Shown here: positions 32,839-64,000 of the stretch, one piece after another | How the letters are laid out: each line of letters starts with the position of its first letter | Position numbering within the stretch: the first letter of the stretch is position 1 | Assembly: GCA_002269645.1 (NCBI GenBank) | Contig: NIVC01000419.1 | Coordinates: 372,001-436,000, forward strand | From: Macrostomum lignano | Lineage: Eukaryota | Direction: 5' to 3' | Length of the DNA: 64,000 bases | Notes under the pieces: generated by a model | What the model was told of the DNA's origin: nothing | Databases searched by the model: none | The model's input: the letters and a program-made list of their open reading frames with translations, nothing else | Program-made: the position numbers and the translations under genes

Positions 32839-35800
32839 ATGAAAGCCAGCAGTTCAACAGGGACGAAACAAAAGGAGATTAACTCCGTCATAGACGACAT
32901 CGGATTTGGTCGCTTTCAGGTCAGTTTTCTGTCGCATTTACTACACTTATTTAAACAAATACGTTTAGAAGCGCCCTTGTTTGAGATGGTCTGGCAGCGC
33001 GACCAATATTGATAAACGGCAAGGTAAAACAAGCGATATAGTTTGTCAAGTTTGTTGCAAATCGAAAAGATGATGTCGTCAAGGTATTTTTTGCATCTTC
33101 GTTTCAAGGTGAAAACTATTCAACATCAAATGCTAAGAAATGTCCCTATTATCGAGTGTTTACAAGTTGAGTGTGAGGAGGAACTGTTTACTGCCACCTG
33201 ACTTTTCTAAATATGATATTTCCATACTGTATCTGAGCTACTTAAACTTCAGAAAATGTAGTGCATCACTATTATTAACAGTCCTTGTTAATGTTACTTT
33301 GTAGATATTAGCAATAGGCACGTTAGATAGTTCAATATAAAAAGAAAAAATAAGTCTTAATAAGCCCTTAACTTGTACAGACAATTTTTTTTAACTTGAC
33401 AAGTGCTGTTCCTGAGGTCAGTTCAGAATTTGCTCATCCCATTTGAGGTCAAAAATTTGTACTATAATACACAGAAGTGTGAGCTAAAAATACAAGTACG
33501 AAGTTGAACCCTGTTCTCGATAAATAAGAAAATACTTGGCTATAAATACTTGTAATGGTGCTTGAGAAAAAAGTATTTTAGAGATAAACTAACTTTAAAT
33601 TTGCAGGTAATCGCAATCATTCTGTGCGGCCTGGTGCAAGCCAGCGACAAGATGCAGGTTCAGTACGTCAGCATGCTGGGCCAGAAGCTGCAGTGCGTCT
33701 GGCACATCGGCGATTTCTGGAAATCCTGCGTCGCATCGGCAACATTCCTGGGCATGTTTCTTGGCGCCTACATTTGGGGTCCGCTCGGCGACAGACATTG
33801 CCGACGCTCCGTCGACGCTGTCTGCATGGGCTACGTTTTCGTGTTCGGAAGCCTTACGTCACTGGCCCCAAACGTTTTATGGGTGGTACTGCTTCGGTTC
33901 CTGGTTGGTACTGCTATTGGCGGCACTCTTCCACTGACTGCAGCAGTGCTCAGCGAGTTCATGACGACAAATTGTAGAGGCACAGCTTGGTTTATGTTTA
34001 AGGTGACTCAGAATTTGCTCAGCTTAAAAAAATTCGAAGCAATTCCGCTGTAATCTGTTTGCGTAATCCTTGGCAGGCATTCTGGTGCGTAGGTGGCTTT
34101 GTTGAAATTGGGTTGGCATGGCTTCTGTTGGAGATGACTCACGGCTGGAGATACCTGGCAACAATTTCGGCAGTACCTGTACTCTTTCTGAGCCTGTTCT
34201 GGATGATATGGCTGCCCGTGTCTCCGAGGCAGAGTCTGCTACAGGTGAAAAATGTAGCTTTTGTAGTTAAAAGTCTCTATTGCCGGCAATTCAAATATTG
34301 AAAGGAAACATAAATGCCGTATTAGTATCAACAGTGTATTTTACAGAAAAAGCGTCTGTACAGGGAATCTTTATACTGTAAAATGTTCTCAAATCTCGAC
34401 AGGGTCGCATTGAAGACACTCGTCGAGCGCTGAACAAAATGGCCGACACGAATTCCCAGCCTCGTTACCATGGCGACTTCTCTGCCGCAGATCTGCAAAC
34501 GAACGGAAGCGGTGGCAGCATCGCCGATCTACTCCGACCAGCCACCTTTCTGCGGCTGAGTCTGCAGCTGGCCGTGATCGCATTTGCTGTGGGTTTCGGC
34601 TACTATGGTCTCATTCTGCTGAACGTCGAGCTTCCGCTTCTTCTTCAGGAGCGCTGCCAGGGAGCGAGCAACCAAACCGCAGCATTTCGATCAGCAGAAC
34701 CCGCAGTCAGTTGCTATGGATGCAAATCTATCAACTACATTGAACTTCTGGTATGTTTAGCCATCTCGTATTTCCATTTGCTTGGTTGCATGCGATATCT
34801 ATTGAGCTGCCTCTATCAGAATTTTATTTTGAATCACATCGATTACAGCTACAAGTTTGTTGGAATTTAAGAGAGACAAACCATCAAGCCATTGTATTGA
34901 AAAACATTAGGCACTTGATGTTGCCAGTCTTAGCTGTAGCCAAGGGTTGTAGCCTAGTGGTTCGAGCGTCGGACTCACGACGGAAAGGTCGGGGGTTCGA
35001 TTCTCGACCCACTCGGAACAATTTGCGTCCTTGAGCAAGACACTTAACTCTGCAATGCTTCAGTTCACCCAGCTGTAAAATGGGTGCCAGCATTAGCTGG
35101 GGTAATTGAGGGTGTGTAGCGACCCCCCCCCCCAGTCCTTGGACTGAACAGCCGTACGCAGCCTTCAGGTGCGCCACGCAATAGCTGCGGCTGAGCTGTC
35201 GGTTGCACAACTGCCAACTACAGGCAGGTGTAAACAAATATTATTTTTATTATTATAAGTCTTTTAGTATAACTTCAAAAAATAGCTTTCAACGCTCCAT
35301 CCACAGATCCCGACTCTGGCAGATCTTGCTACAGCTCTCTTTAACGCTTTGGTTGTCGAACGCTTCCTCGGACGTCGCTGGACCATGTCGATTTCCTTCG
35401 GTGTCTCTTCCATCCTTGTTCCTCTGCTGGGCTTCTGCATGCACAGCGCTGCTAGAATCGCTTTGTTCTTCATCATTCGCTTCTTTATATGTACTTGCGC
35501 TACTGTAATCTGGTTGTACGTTTTAGAGGCCTATCCGACTTCGCTCCGATCAACTGCTCTGGCCTTTCTCTCGTCGTTCAGTCGAATAGCATCTATTATA
35601 ATGCCATTTGTGGCTCAGATGTTTCTCGTTCGCGTGTCGCTTTTTGGCGGGCTGTTCATCTTCTCGGGCGTTCTGGCGCTGGCAGCTGTCAGTGCCGCTC
35701 TGCTGCCTTTCGAGACAAAAAATAGACCGCTGGAGCAGACGGCTGCTCGTGATAAGGTAAATGAAAATCACTTCTGTTATGTCTAAAACAGAATACGCTG

Positions 35801-35934
35801 TAATGGCCATTGCTTTTTCACAGGTTGCTGTGGACTACTCCGATGAAAAAAAGCCGGTAAAGACAAAGGCTCTCGAGACAACATCCTTCCACCCGGACTA
35901 TGGAACTGTGGAAACGTCCATGAAGATTGATTGA
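32839..35934 (+). CDS. SVOP: SVOP-like MFS transporter, copy 4, intact, 517 aa (534 aa if the in-frame ATG at 32788 is used)
   Basis: Exons 32839-32919, 33607-34002, 34077-34244, 34403-34750, 35307-35756, 35824-35934. All GT-AG, phase 0. Confidence 0.92.
34944..35257 (+). mobile_element. tRNA-derived CORE-like SINE, family 2, full length
   Basis: GGGTTGTAGCCTAGTGG...GGTTCGATTCTC head, CORE-like segment at 35029-35084, TTA-rich tail. Confidence 0.88.
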
Positions 35935-37224
35935 TCGCTTCGATATCTCTTAAATGACATCAGCTAGCGCCAGAACTATTTTTAACTGTATTTCTGTAGC
36001 TATAAACATTGCGTATTTGAAAGTTTTTTTGCATTTTTAAGAATAACGTGAATTAGCGTGAATTCTCCATTGCTCGCAAAATTTTAACATTTTTTAGTTT
36101 CGAAGTTTTTTGTTAGTTTGTTGCATTAGACAAGTTAATATTCATTTCCAAGCTTAATAGATACGAGCGTACAACAGGGAAGTGTGTTATTAATGAAATC
36201 GTTGTCTTGGCAGTCTCTGACCTTCTGGTTCTATTTCGTTAGCTTACGTAGTTGATGCACGAATTAACTTCCGGTCTCAATCTCTGTTTGCTGATTCACC
36301 ATTGTTATTTGAAGACTAATCTTATTTTAGAAATGAAATACCGGTACAAACTCGAAATTTAATTGATTTATCGAACGGTAATAATAGTTGAAGAACTTTT
36401 TATATATTCATATAAATGGTTTTCTGTGGTTTACTTATAAAGCGCCTTTTGTGCAGAACTTAATAACTTTTTAGACGCTTAACAAGTTGTGTGCAGTTTA
36501 AATTATAAGATTTTCTGCGTTTTAAATGCTCTGATTTTCTTGAAGTGATTCCACGTATTGCTTGCTCCCTTATACCTTTAGGGTGTTTGCATAATGCATT
36601 GTTTTTTTTTTGTTTTTTTCGTCTTTCTCGAAACTAGCGTAAGCACTATGGTCTGTTCAATCAAAAGTTAGAACCATAAAATGCAGCCCCGAGGCCACTC
36701 TTGAGGCCAAGTAAATGAATCTATGATGGTGTGATACTTTATTTATATTGTATAAGAAATTTTTCGCCTTTCCTTTCTTTCTTGCGATTTAATTTAACAT
36801 TATTATGGAACTTTGCAGTAGTCAACATCGAATATTGTGGGCGCGCTTATTGCACTGCTCTCCGCTACTGGGCCTTATTAGTACTTGCGAACTTGGCGAG
36901 GGTTTCAGAATCGACCCCGGATGGCGCCCGAAAAAAATTATATTGACTACTAGCAAAGTTCTATAATAACTTGTCATTAACTTGATCAATGCAAGAAAAT
37001 TCCGGGTGAAAATGTAGAACTTTGTGGTCTCTATGTTAGGGATAGGCTGGGTGTTGGAGCTGAGCAGAATTCTCGCTTTCCTCTCTTCTCTTCTCTTCTT
37101 TCTTCTCGGTTTTCTATCATAGACAACCGAATTTGGCTCTAGGATATTACCAAAGAATATCGATTATACGTACATAGAATTTCAATATAGGGGTCTAAAG
37201 TGAAGCCAATTTTTGTCAAGGAGT

Positions 37225-37402
37225 TCTAAAATTAGCAATCTGGAGTGGAAACGAGTTATACATCATGAGGCCACGCAAATTTTTAGGATAAGGAGCCAGC
37301 ACTGAATGTCTATGGCTCTGTCTGACTCTGTCTATGCTATAGTCTGGCCTCATGAGGTAAAAGTGAAAAACTCGATTCCACTCCAGGTTGCTAATTATAG
37401 AA
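37225..37402. mobile_element. Small MITE-like inverted repeat
   Basis: ATTAGCAATCTGGAGTGGAAACGAGTT from 37231 pairs with AACTCGATTCCACTCCAGGTTGCTAAT ending at 37395. Inner CATGAGGCCA / TGGCCTCATG. Confidence 0.65.
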
Positions 37403-37639
37403 ATCCTTGCTGCCGGTACTCTACTTTTTGGCCATAGACATCGAGTTTGAGCGGGTGCAATTAAAATGCTTGCTCGTTTGCTTTTGAGACTAATATAACG
37501 CTTGAGAGCAGCTGAAGCTACAGTCTATGGTTGTAACCCCAGGGTTTCCGCGCTGCGGAAACATGCGCTGCGCTGCGTGTCTTACAAAATAGTTAGAAAT
37601 TTATGTTTCATCCCAGTTGAACACAGATCTTTAAAAAAA

Positions 37640-38010
37640 CCATAAATGGGGTTTGGACTGGAATGTCAAGTTTAATCCTAGTCAATGTGAGCAAATAATC
37701 GTTAGTAGCAATAGAGATCCCTCTGATTTTCTACCTGTATCTTTTGCATTTTCGGACCTCATTATTTCGATTAAATTTAAATTACTTGGTGTCATAATTG
37801 AAAATGGACTTGCACTGTCTGAGCACCTTATAACCCAAAGTAGAAAAACAGCTTCTATGCTCGACTATCTTGCTAGAGCAAAACACCTTATTCCTTCTAA
37901 ATTAGACCACTACTGAAGTATTGTTCCGTTGTATGGGGATCTGCTATTGGGTCCCATCTTATTTAATCGAGCAGAAGGCTGCCAGGATAATTTGTGACCA
38001 TATAACCATA
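37640..38010 (+). mobile_element. Non-LTR retrotransposon (CR1/L2-like) RT C-terminal fragment
   Basis: DWNVKFNPSQC...KLLGVII...HL...KTASML...QKAARII, with stops and frameshifts. Confidence 0.75.
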
Positions 38011-38089
38011 TAGCCTTAGGACTCGCAGAATTGTTGGTGGGCTTGCTTTGCGGAATCTGCGGGGTCAAGCCTCCAGTGAGCTTCAGCAG

Positions 38090-40760
38090 CTCCTTTGGGG
38101 TCCGCTGGGAGACAAATTCTGTCGTCGCTCGGTCGGCAGCGTCTGCATGGGCTTCGTCGTTTTCTACGGTTGCCTGTCGGCTCTGGCTCCCAACGTGATC
38201 TGGGTAGTCGCGCTTCGATTCCTGGTCGGCGTTGGCGTTGGAGGCCTGCAGGCGTTGATAGCCGCAGTGCTGGGCGAGTTCTTGACCACGGATAGTCGAG
38301 GTGCAGCGTGGTTTGTGTACGTGGTTTAGGTAAGTGCGAGAGAGCTAATGTGGCGTCACCCCACCGACTTACTGCACCATTTCAGCTGATTCAATATTTC
38401 ATTCAGTAGACTCTCCAGTTAACGAATCTTGTAGTAGGCAGTCATGAAAACAGAAGCAACTGCTCACTTCCTCAACATCCAGCGTGAGAAGTTTTCCCGT
38501 TTTTGGGCGCTAGTGCACAGGCAATCCTTGTGAGAATTCTCAGGCACTCTGGTGCGTCGGCGGCTTCTTAGAAATCGGTCTGGCCTGGCTACTACTGGAA
38601 TCGACTCCTCACAGCTGGAGATACCTGGCCTCGCTAACAGCTTTAACCATGTTCCTACTGAGCCTGTTCTGGACGCTTTGGCTGCCCTTGTCTCCCAGGC
38701 AGAGTCTGTTACAGGTGAGTTCAGAAGTACAAGCGTACTAACATCAAATTCAACTAACAATATGGTATGCCTCTGCTGTCGTTGCTTCAGTTGTAAATGT
38801 TTCATGCCTTATTTGTATTACTTTGCAGGGCCAAATTTCTGAGACTCGGGACGCGCTGAACAAAATGGCCGACACAAATTCGCAACCTCGCTACCTGGGT
38901 GAATTCGTCATTACCGATTTGCGGGCCACGGCAAAGAGCGGCAGCCTCAGGGAGCGGCTACCGGACATTTGCCCTCCGGCATTTGCCCTCCGGACATTTG
39001 CCCTCCGGCATTTCCCCTCCGGAAATTTGCCCTCGAGGACATTTGCCCTCGGGGACATTTGCCCTCCGGACATTTGCCCTCCGGACATTTGCCCTCCGGA
39101 CATTTGCCCTCGGGGACATTTGCCCTCGGGGACATTTGCCCTCCGGACATTTGCCCTCCGGACATTTCCCCTCTGGAAAAGTACAGGTAAGGCTGGGGAT
39201 AGGGTAGGGCGCGGGTATATATTGCTTACTAGAAAATGATGAGTTGTTGGCTGGAGAAGAACCTGATGGATGCAAGAGGCGGGAGGATGAGGTTGGTGCT
39301 GGAGGAACGACGGGTGGGTACAGGAGGAGGTGAGGTGAGTAATGTGCGAGGGGTAAATTTGCAGAGGGCAAATGTGCGGAGGGGAAATGTCCGGAGGGCA
39401 AATGTCCGGAGCGCAAATGTCCGGAGGGCAAATGTCCCGAGGGCAAATGTCCCGAGGGGAAATGTCCGGAGGGCAAATGTCCGGAGGGGAAATGTCCCGG
39501 AGGGCAAATGTCCCCGAGGGGAAATGTCCGGAGGGCAAATGTCCGGAGGGGAAATGTCCCGGAGGGCAAATGTCCGGAGGGCAAACGCCGCCGAGGGGAA
39601 GTGCCGGAGGGCAAGTGCCGGAGGGGAAGTGCCGGAGGGCAAATGTCCGGAAGCGATTTGGCACGTTTGTCATCGTAGCTGGGTGTTGCACGAGAGTGGG
39701 CACGAATCAAGATAGCAACATAGCTAGTGAGCAGAATTGGAGTCTTAAATACTGTTGCCTAATGATATTATTACATATTATTGCATTCGGGATTGGCAAC
39801 ATCATAATAGTGCTTTTGGCATGCAAAACTCAAGTAACAGCCTGAATCATATTTTTGCTTTTCCAATCAATGATGCCAAAATTACGTGTTGGAAACCCTT
39901 TTTTTGACCAAACAGTCATTAAAATACTTTAATACCTGCACACTGGAGCTCGTAGACTGTTTTCTGTCTAGCGGACGAATTGCAGATCCCTACTGTTCTG
40001 TAGTGACTTAAAAAAATTTTAGTTTAGTAGGTCCGATCCGAACATGCAATAATAAAACTTTTTAAAAGCATATTTGTATAGGAGTATATTCTTAGCGTAT
40101 ATTTTTCTTCTATTTCTACTATCAGTAGAGCATAAAAAAAAGTCGATTTGTCCGTTTATATACGAGATATTTCTTTGTGGCGGTCTAGCCAAGCAGTAAG
40201 CACACATACTTCAGTACATATACACGATTTGCTGTAGCGTTCGATAGCTCTACTTCAACTTCTGCAACTGAAACAAAAACTGCAGCACTCAACACATACA
40301 TTGACTAACCTATAGCTTGCCACGGCTCTCGATCTGTTGAACGTGTTGAAATTCTCTGTTGCTCTAGACGAACACACATTTTTGGTCGTATCGTTGGCTC
40401 GTCATGTCGTTTGCTCAATGTAGGGTGTTGTCTCGATCACTTGACCCTCTGGGTTGCACATCTCTGCCAGAACCCTTATTCTTCATCATCCGCTTCTTTG
40501 TGACTATACATTGTACATGTAGCTGCTTCAATTTCATCTGGCTGTGTACGATCTCGGGGCCTATCCGATTTCGCTTCGAACAACAGCCGTACATGTAGCA
40601 TTTCTCGATCGTAAAAATTCATTCGAATAGCGTCCATTCGGCTATGCTTTAATTTGTGGCTCCGATGTGCCTCGTTCGCGTGTCGCTTCTGGGCTTGCTG
40701 TTCATCTTCTCAAGGGTTTTGGAGTTTGGTAGCCGCGAGCTGCCCATCGAGACCAAGACT
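38090..40760 (+). pseudogene. SVOP-like copy 5, disrupted pseudogene
   Basis: The 3' part of exon 2 (WGPLGDKFCRRS...) abuts the LINE fragment and ends in TAG at 38327-29. Exon 3 (38544-38714) is intact. Exon 4 starts at 38829 and is broken at about 38955 by a foldback element. Heavily indel-ridden exon 5 at about 40400-40760 (FFIIRFF, IWL, LPIETK recognisable). Confidence 0.85.
38955..39656. mobile_element. Foldback-type non-autonomous element with tandem 15-bp subrepeats in its inverted arms
   Basis: Left arm (GGACATTTGCCCTCC)n at 38961-39175, right arm its reverse complement at 39363-39650, purine-rich core between. No TSD seen. Confidence 0.8.
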
Positions 40761-41300
40761 GCGGTTTGCTTAAGCAGATAGCATTATGTACTGTGTAGGT
40801 AATAAACGACGTCATACGTCGGTTGAACGTTGGTGTAAGGTAAAAGCTTGTACATATTTGTTGACGTCGGAAACGTCGGTCGACGAGGAGCTGGAGGGTA
40901 AAAAGTAGGAGGATGTACATTTAGAATAGTGTTTTGGTAAAACGCGTATGCATGGTTCGATTCCGTGCGCTACAACATTTTTTGGGCTTGTGCACGGAAT
41001 TGGCTGGAACTTTTACTGTATTTGTATATAGGATACATCATGGTATATGTGTACGTTTAAATCATGCATGTATATCATGTATATACAGTTTTATACAATC
41101 CATAAGATGCAGCTAGCATGGACGACTATATACGTCGGAGTTCTACTCTTCTTCTTCTCTTCTATTCAATTCTCTCGCTTAATTAGAGGATAAAAGCTTT
41201 TGACTGATTTTTGAGTATAGTTGCATATATGGGGACGAAGAATATTTTAGGCATAAATTGTAAAAGGTTCAATAACCTATGGTTTGTAGTCTCTGGACTC

Positions 41301-41536
41301 CAGCTAGTGGCGTAGCCAGGAATTTCAATTGGGGGGGGGGCGGGTTGGCCTGGCTGGCCATGCCTTATGCCATTGCCACTTTTGGCGCCGCAGGCACTCA
41401 TTTTGGCGCCGCAAGCACTCATTTTGGCGCAGCAGGCACTCACCCTGCCTCATGGTTTTTGGTACCCGCGGCCGCGCACAACCCCACCCCCCGGCGATTG
41501 GGGGGGCGGCCCCCCGCCCCCCTGGCTACGCCACTG
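41301..41536. mobile_element. hAT-type MITE
   Basis: 8-bp TSD CTGGACTC at 41293-41300 and 41537-41544. TIR CAGTGGCGTAGCCAGG, with a 4-nt insertion in the left copy (CAGCTAGTGG). Internal 22-bp tandem units. Confidence 0.8.
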
Positions 41537-43099
41537 CTGGACTCCGCATAGGATCCCCAATAATTCTTAAGATTCTGAAGAGAGGGAGAAAATTATTGCA
41601 GTACTCCTACTTTACACATTTATCGTATGTTTTTAACACATCAAATATTGTTTATTTTAAACTGAAAGCAACTGTTTCATGAATTTTTGTACAATTAGTG
41701 TTAAGGTATGGTTTGTATATCTAATATTTATTATAGTTTCTGAAGATGGAATGTTAAGAAATTAAAAAGTCAACATTCTTAGAAACGAGTTGTGCAGCCT
41801 AAATATTTTGTCTTTTTTTCAATATTCAGTCTGACATTAGTTTATTGTACTTACTGTGATAAGCGCATTGTTTTTTATGTATTAGCCTTTGTTTATACTT
41901 TAAATACAAGTATAGCTATATATTTTATGCCAACCTTTTAGTTTTTAAACAAAATATAAGTTTAATATGGCATTATCTTATCATTTTAATTTATCAATAC
42001 GATAGACAATATCACTTCATGCAACATCGCGTTTTTCGAAATTTTATTATAATAAATTACAAATACATATTATGTCATAACTTTTGCATCTATTTATATT
42101 GCTTAGTGTATGTTTACCCCTAATCGAGGATGGAATCTTTGCATGGCAATTCTAGAACAGACATTTGCACAAATTTTATATCAGGTTTTTCCCAAAATGT
42201 TTAAGTTTTTTGGCACTTAAATTTCATGAGCAACTTTTTTATAAGCTTTTCCATAACATTGTTTTCTTGAATACTTTAGAAGTAGTTTTTTAATTCTTTA
42301 TTTTATCTTAGGCCTAATGACAAATATACCATAGTCTAGATCATGCTGCTACAAACCTGAACAAAAATTGAACAGTTACAAATGCATGCTAAAAAATTGG
42401 GTACTTGCCTACACTCTCAAATCTAGGCTGGTATTGCAACAATAAATGATCTTTTCTTGTGCTGCAACAGTAAACAACCTTTTTTGCATTGCATATAGGA
42501 CCTTTTTGGTTGATAATTTGACTGATTATTAACCTTTCTTACTTATGCTATTTATAGCAGGAAATCAATATGCACAAAAATATGTTTAAATGCCCTATTA
42601 TGACCTTAAAAACAGGAAAGCTTTAAACTTAGGCTTAAAAATAAAATTTTCAATCTTTTTTCACTTAACACTAACTCTTCTACATGATTCTATTAATTGC
42701 ATGCCAGGTGTGCACACACCTAGGTTTTTTCAGGGTTGGAAATCCAGTTTCCTGCTGGCCCTTGGGGCTCAAAATCCAGTTGCCAATGGCTATTTTTGGT
42801 TGCCCATTGGCAACTAGCTAAATTCTTGAGGATATATTCCAAGGCCATGTTTAAAAAGCAGAAATTTGTTCTCTCAACTCTAAGATTGCTATCTATGCTG
42901 CAAACAATAACAAACTAATAATTCCATCATATAAATTTATATGGCACTTTTTTACATTTGCAAAATCATTTTTTGACATTTGCAACTGGCATAGGGAAAA
43001 TGAAGTTGTTAGATTAGCCTCTGATGCCAAAAATCCAGTTGCCAACTATTTGAGAATCTTGAGATTTTCAAAGGGCCAAAAAACCTTGTTGGTCTTTTT

Positions 43100-43815
43100 C
43101 ATTAGAGACAGTGGCCATTCACACTTTAACACACAAGCAACATTGTTATACAATTGGTGAGAGGCATTACTGTCCATTCTGACAACTCTCCTGAGTAGAC
43201 AGACCCACATTTAGATATGTATATAGTCATATACATAGGCATATACTCATATAGAAGTGTACAGAGGCTGTAACTTTTTTTTATTAGAGGCAGGGGGTTG
43301 TGTGCACCTTGGCACACTTTAAGCGACATAGGCACACAACCAGCGAGAGGCATTACTGCCCATTCCACCAACTCCCCTGAGCAGGCATACAAGCGCGCGG
43401 ATACGTATGCAGGCACACACTCACACAGGGAGTGTACAGCGGCCCTAACTTTATATATCGTTAGGCATGTACACTTCACTGCGCCTTGGGGGGTTGGCTC
43501 TCAAGGCTGTTAATTGCACAAGCAGAGCCAAGCCAAGATTCCAATTCAGCCCCGAATTAATGTGACTGCACTTGGAATCGAGCCTGGGTCGCTGGCATAC
43601 CAGAGCAGCTACACTACCACTGGGCTACGGCCCCCCTGAGGCTGTAACTTTATTTATTGTTCAACATGTACACTTTACTGTGCCTTGTGGGTTGGCCCTC
43701 AGTGGTGTTAATTGCACAAGCAGAGCCAAGTTGGATTTCAGTTTAGCCCCAAGTTAATGCAACTGCACTTAGAATCAAGTCTGGGTTGCTGTCACACTAG
43801 ACCATTACTTGGATA
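43100..43815 (-). mobile_element. Cluster of three family-1 SINE copies (one full length at 43286-43637, two partial)
   Basis: Full copy is colinear with 14108-14478. Degenerate 3' part at 43100-43285 and 5' part at 43640-43815. Confidence 0.8.
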
Positions 43816-44903
43816 TGCGGCATATGCCTCCCCCCTCATGTATGGTGTTATTTATGGCATTGGCAGGTAATGATTGACAGTAAATGACCACTGGCCAAGG
43901 TAAGTTGTAAAACCAACTCTCCCACTCTTAAACAATGAAAATGCAAATGTATAACAAAGGGAACAAAGCAAGAGGGCAAAGAAGAGTGAAGGAAGGAGAA
44001 AAAAGCCAACAGAAGAGGCGATAGAAAAGCTGATAAAGGAAAAATGAAGTTTGCAACTGGACTACTGGAGCCTACAAAGTGTCAGATACACGGATACATA
44101 TGCAGACACGTGAATTTCTCATCGTCAGACTCAGAAATGAGCACACTATGTGCACTTCGAGAGGGCTCAAATCTATTGACAAACACACAGTCCCAATTTC
44201 TTTGCACTTTTATTCTTAATTCTGAATTCTTAAAAGCCAGACGACACCTTTGCAACACTTTTCTACCGGTGGACTAAATTATGAAATTTTGCAAAATGAA
44301 AACTCCTTCTTTACTATGCCGTCTCAAATTTCAGTGTTTGTGGTAGTTTGCGCGCGCTTCTGTACATATCGTACATGTATAGTGTTCTGTCTTGCCTTTT
44401 CTTGCTTTACTTTGCAATAGAAAAAAAGTCACTTAATGAAAACGTATTAACGACGTTCTATCTACAATTGGTTTGAGTGGTTTGGGTTTGAGCAGACTGT
44501 ACACTGACCGTAGGTCGGGTCTGCCTGCCTGTCTGTTGCGTGCACTGGTCTACGATTGCACAGAGGAGGCTGGCATACAGTGCGGGCATTTGTTTATTTT
44601 AACCTGCGGAGTAGCATACGCAAACGTATGACACAGGCCAATTTTCAGGCTTGCTAGGGAAGCTTGAAGTGGAAAGAGCCTCCGACTATTTTTAGACTGT
44701 AAGAAGAAGAAGATCGACTGAAAGTTGCTTTGGCAGTTTGAAATTGAACAAAATAGAAAACAGACATCGCCATTTTGTATCTAATTTGCAGCTTTATAGC
44801 GTGAAGCTGCAGTTTGAACTGAAACGCACTTAAGACTTTTACACCTCGTCCGTGACAGTGCCAACTGGTATCTGTTGGTCTGTTATTATCTTCGAGGTCG
44901 ACA

Positions 44904-63567
<18,664 letters not shown>

Positions 63568-64000
63568 GACTGGAACTGGCTCGCTAGAGATAGCTATAGC
63601 TATGTTTGATTATTTATTTATCCGTATACTTTTTTTCGTGAACTCTGCAGCCTGTTCAGATTGCAAACTGGCTACTTAAAGTAGAATTTAGCATTTTTCT
63701 ACTTATTAATTTAGCATAGAGTGGTTTAGCAACTTTCTGGTATAATTACTAATTCACCAAATGCAGATCTTTGTGTATCCTTTATTAGCAGAATTTTTTA
63801 TTCTCAATCATTTTTATTAACATTTATTATATCTGTTTAAGTAGAATCTATCAACGGAAAAAACTTTATTTCAGCTGACTAAATTTTTGTGTCCTTCTGC
63901 TCATCCTATGCTTCACAATAAGGCGTTTCTGCAGTGATGTGCGATTTTTCAATAACTGAACTCAACTTCTTACAGGTGCTCAAGTTCGAAACCCTTCTCT

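Noticed and set aside
34944-35015. tRNA gene (also 8630-8698, 14410-14478, 15830-15895)
   Set aside because: The anticodon and T stems do not pair properly, and each is fused to a repeated body, so these are SINE heads.
38891-39845. Repetitive ORFs (GHLPS, DICPP, RRANV)
   Set aside because: They come from the 15-bp subrepeats of the foldback element.

Overview
Eukaryotic (metazoan) genomic DNA with spliceosomal introns. GC-rich exons and abundant intronic 18-32-mer minisatellites make a free-living flatworm such as Macrostomum my guess for the source (inference only). Left to right: (1) a two-exon copine-like C2-C2 gene on the minus strand that appears to lack the vWA domain. (2) A tandem array of five SVOP-like MFS transporter genes (10.3-40.8 kb): three intact six-exon copies and two pseudogenes. 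(3) Between copies 1 and 2, a stack of decayed mobile elements: a rearranged Ty3/gypsy element, a Mag-type gypsy pol, and an intron-containing Crypton-type tyrosine recombinase interrupted by a THAP-bearing P-element derivative, followed by a 1.7-kb minisatellite. (4) A complete ABCC1/MRP1-like gene (44.9-63.6 kb, about 1557 aa). Best leads: a pair of duplicated, probably mutually exclusive exons encoding TM10-11 of the ABCC gene; the Crypton/P-element nest; TACATGTA insertions at TA sites in a pseudo-exon that look like Tc1-type excision footprints; shared loss of canonical MFS motifs in the SVOP paralogs; and a degenerate satellite with a conserved palindromic core on both sides of an NBD1 exon. 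All coordinates were counted by hand and no database searches were run.
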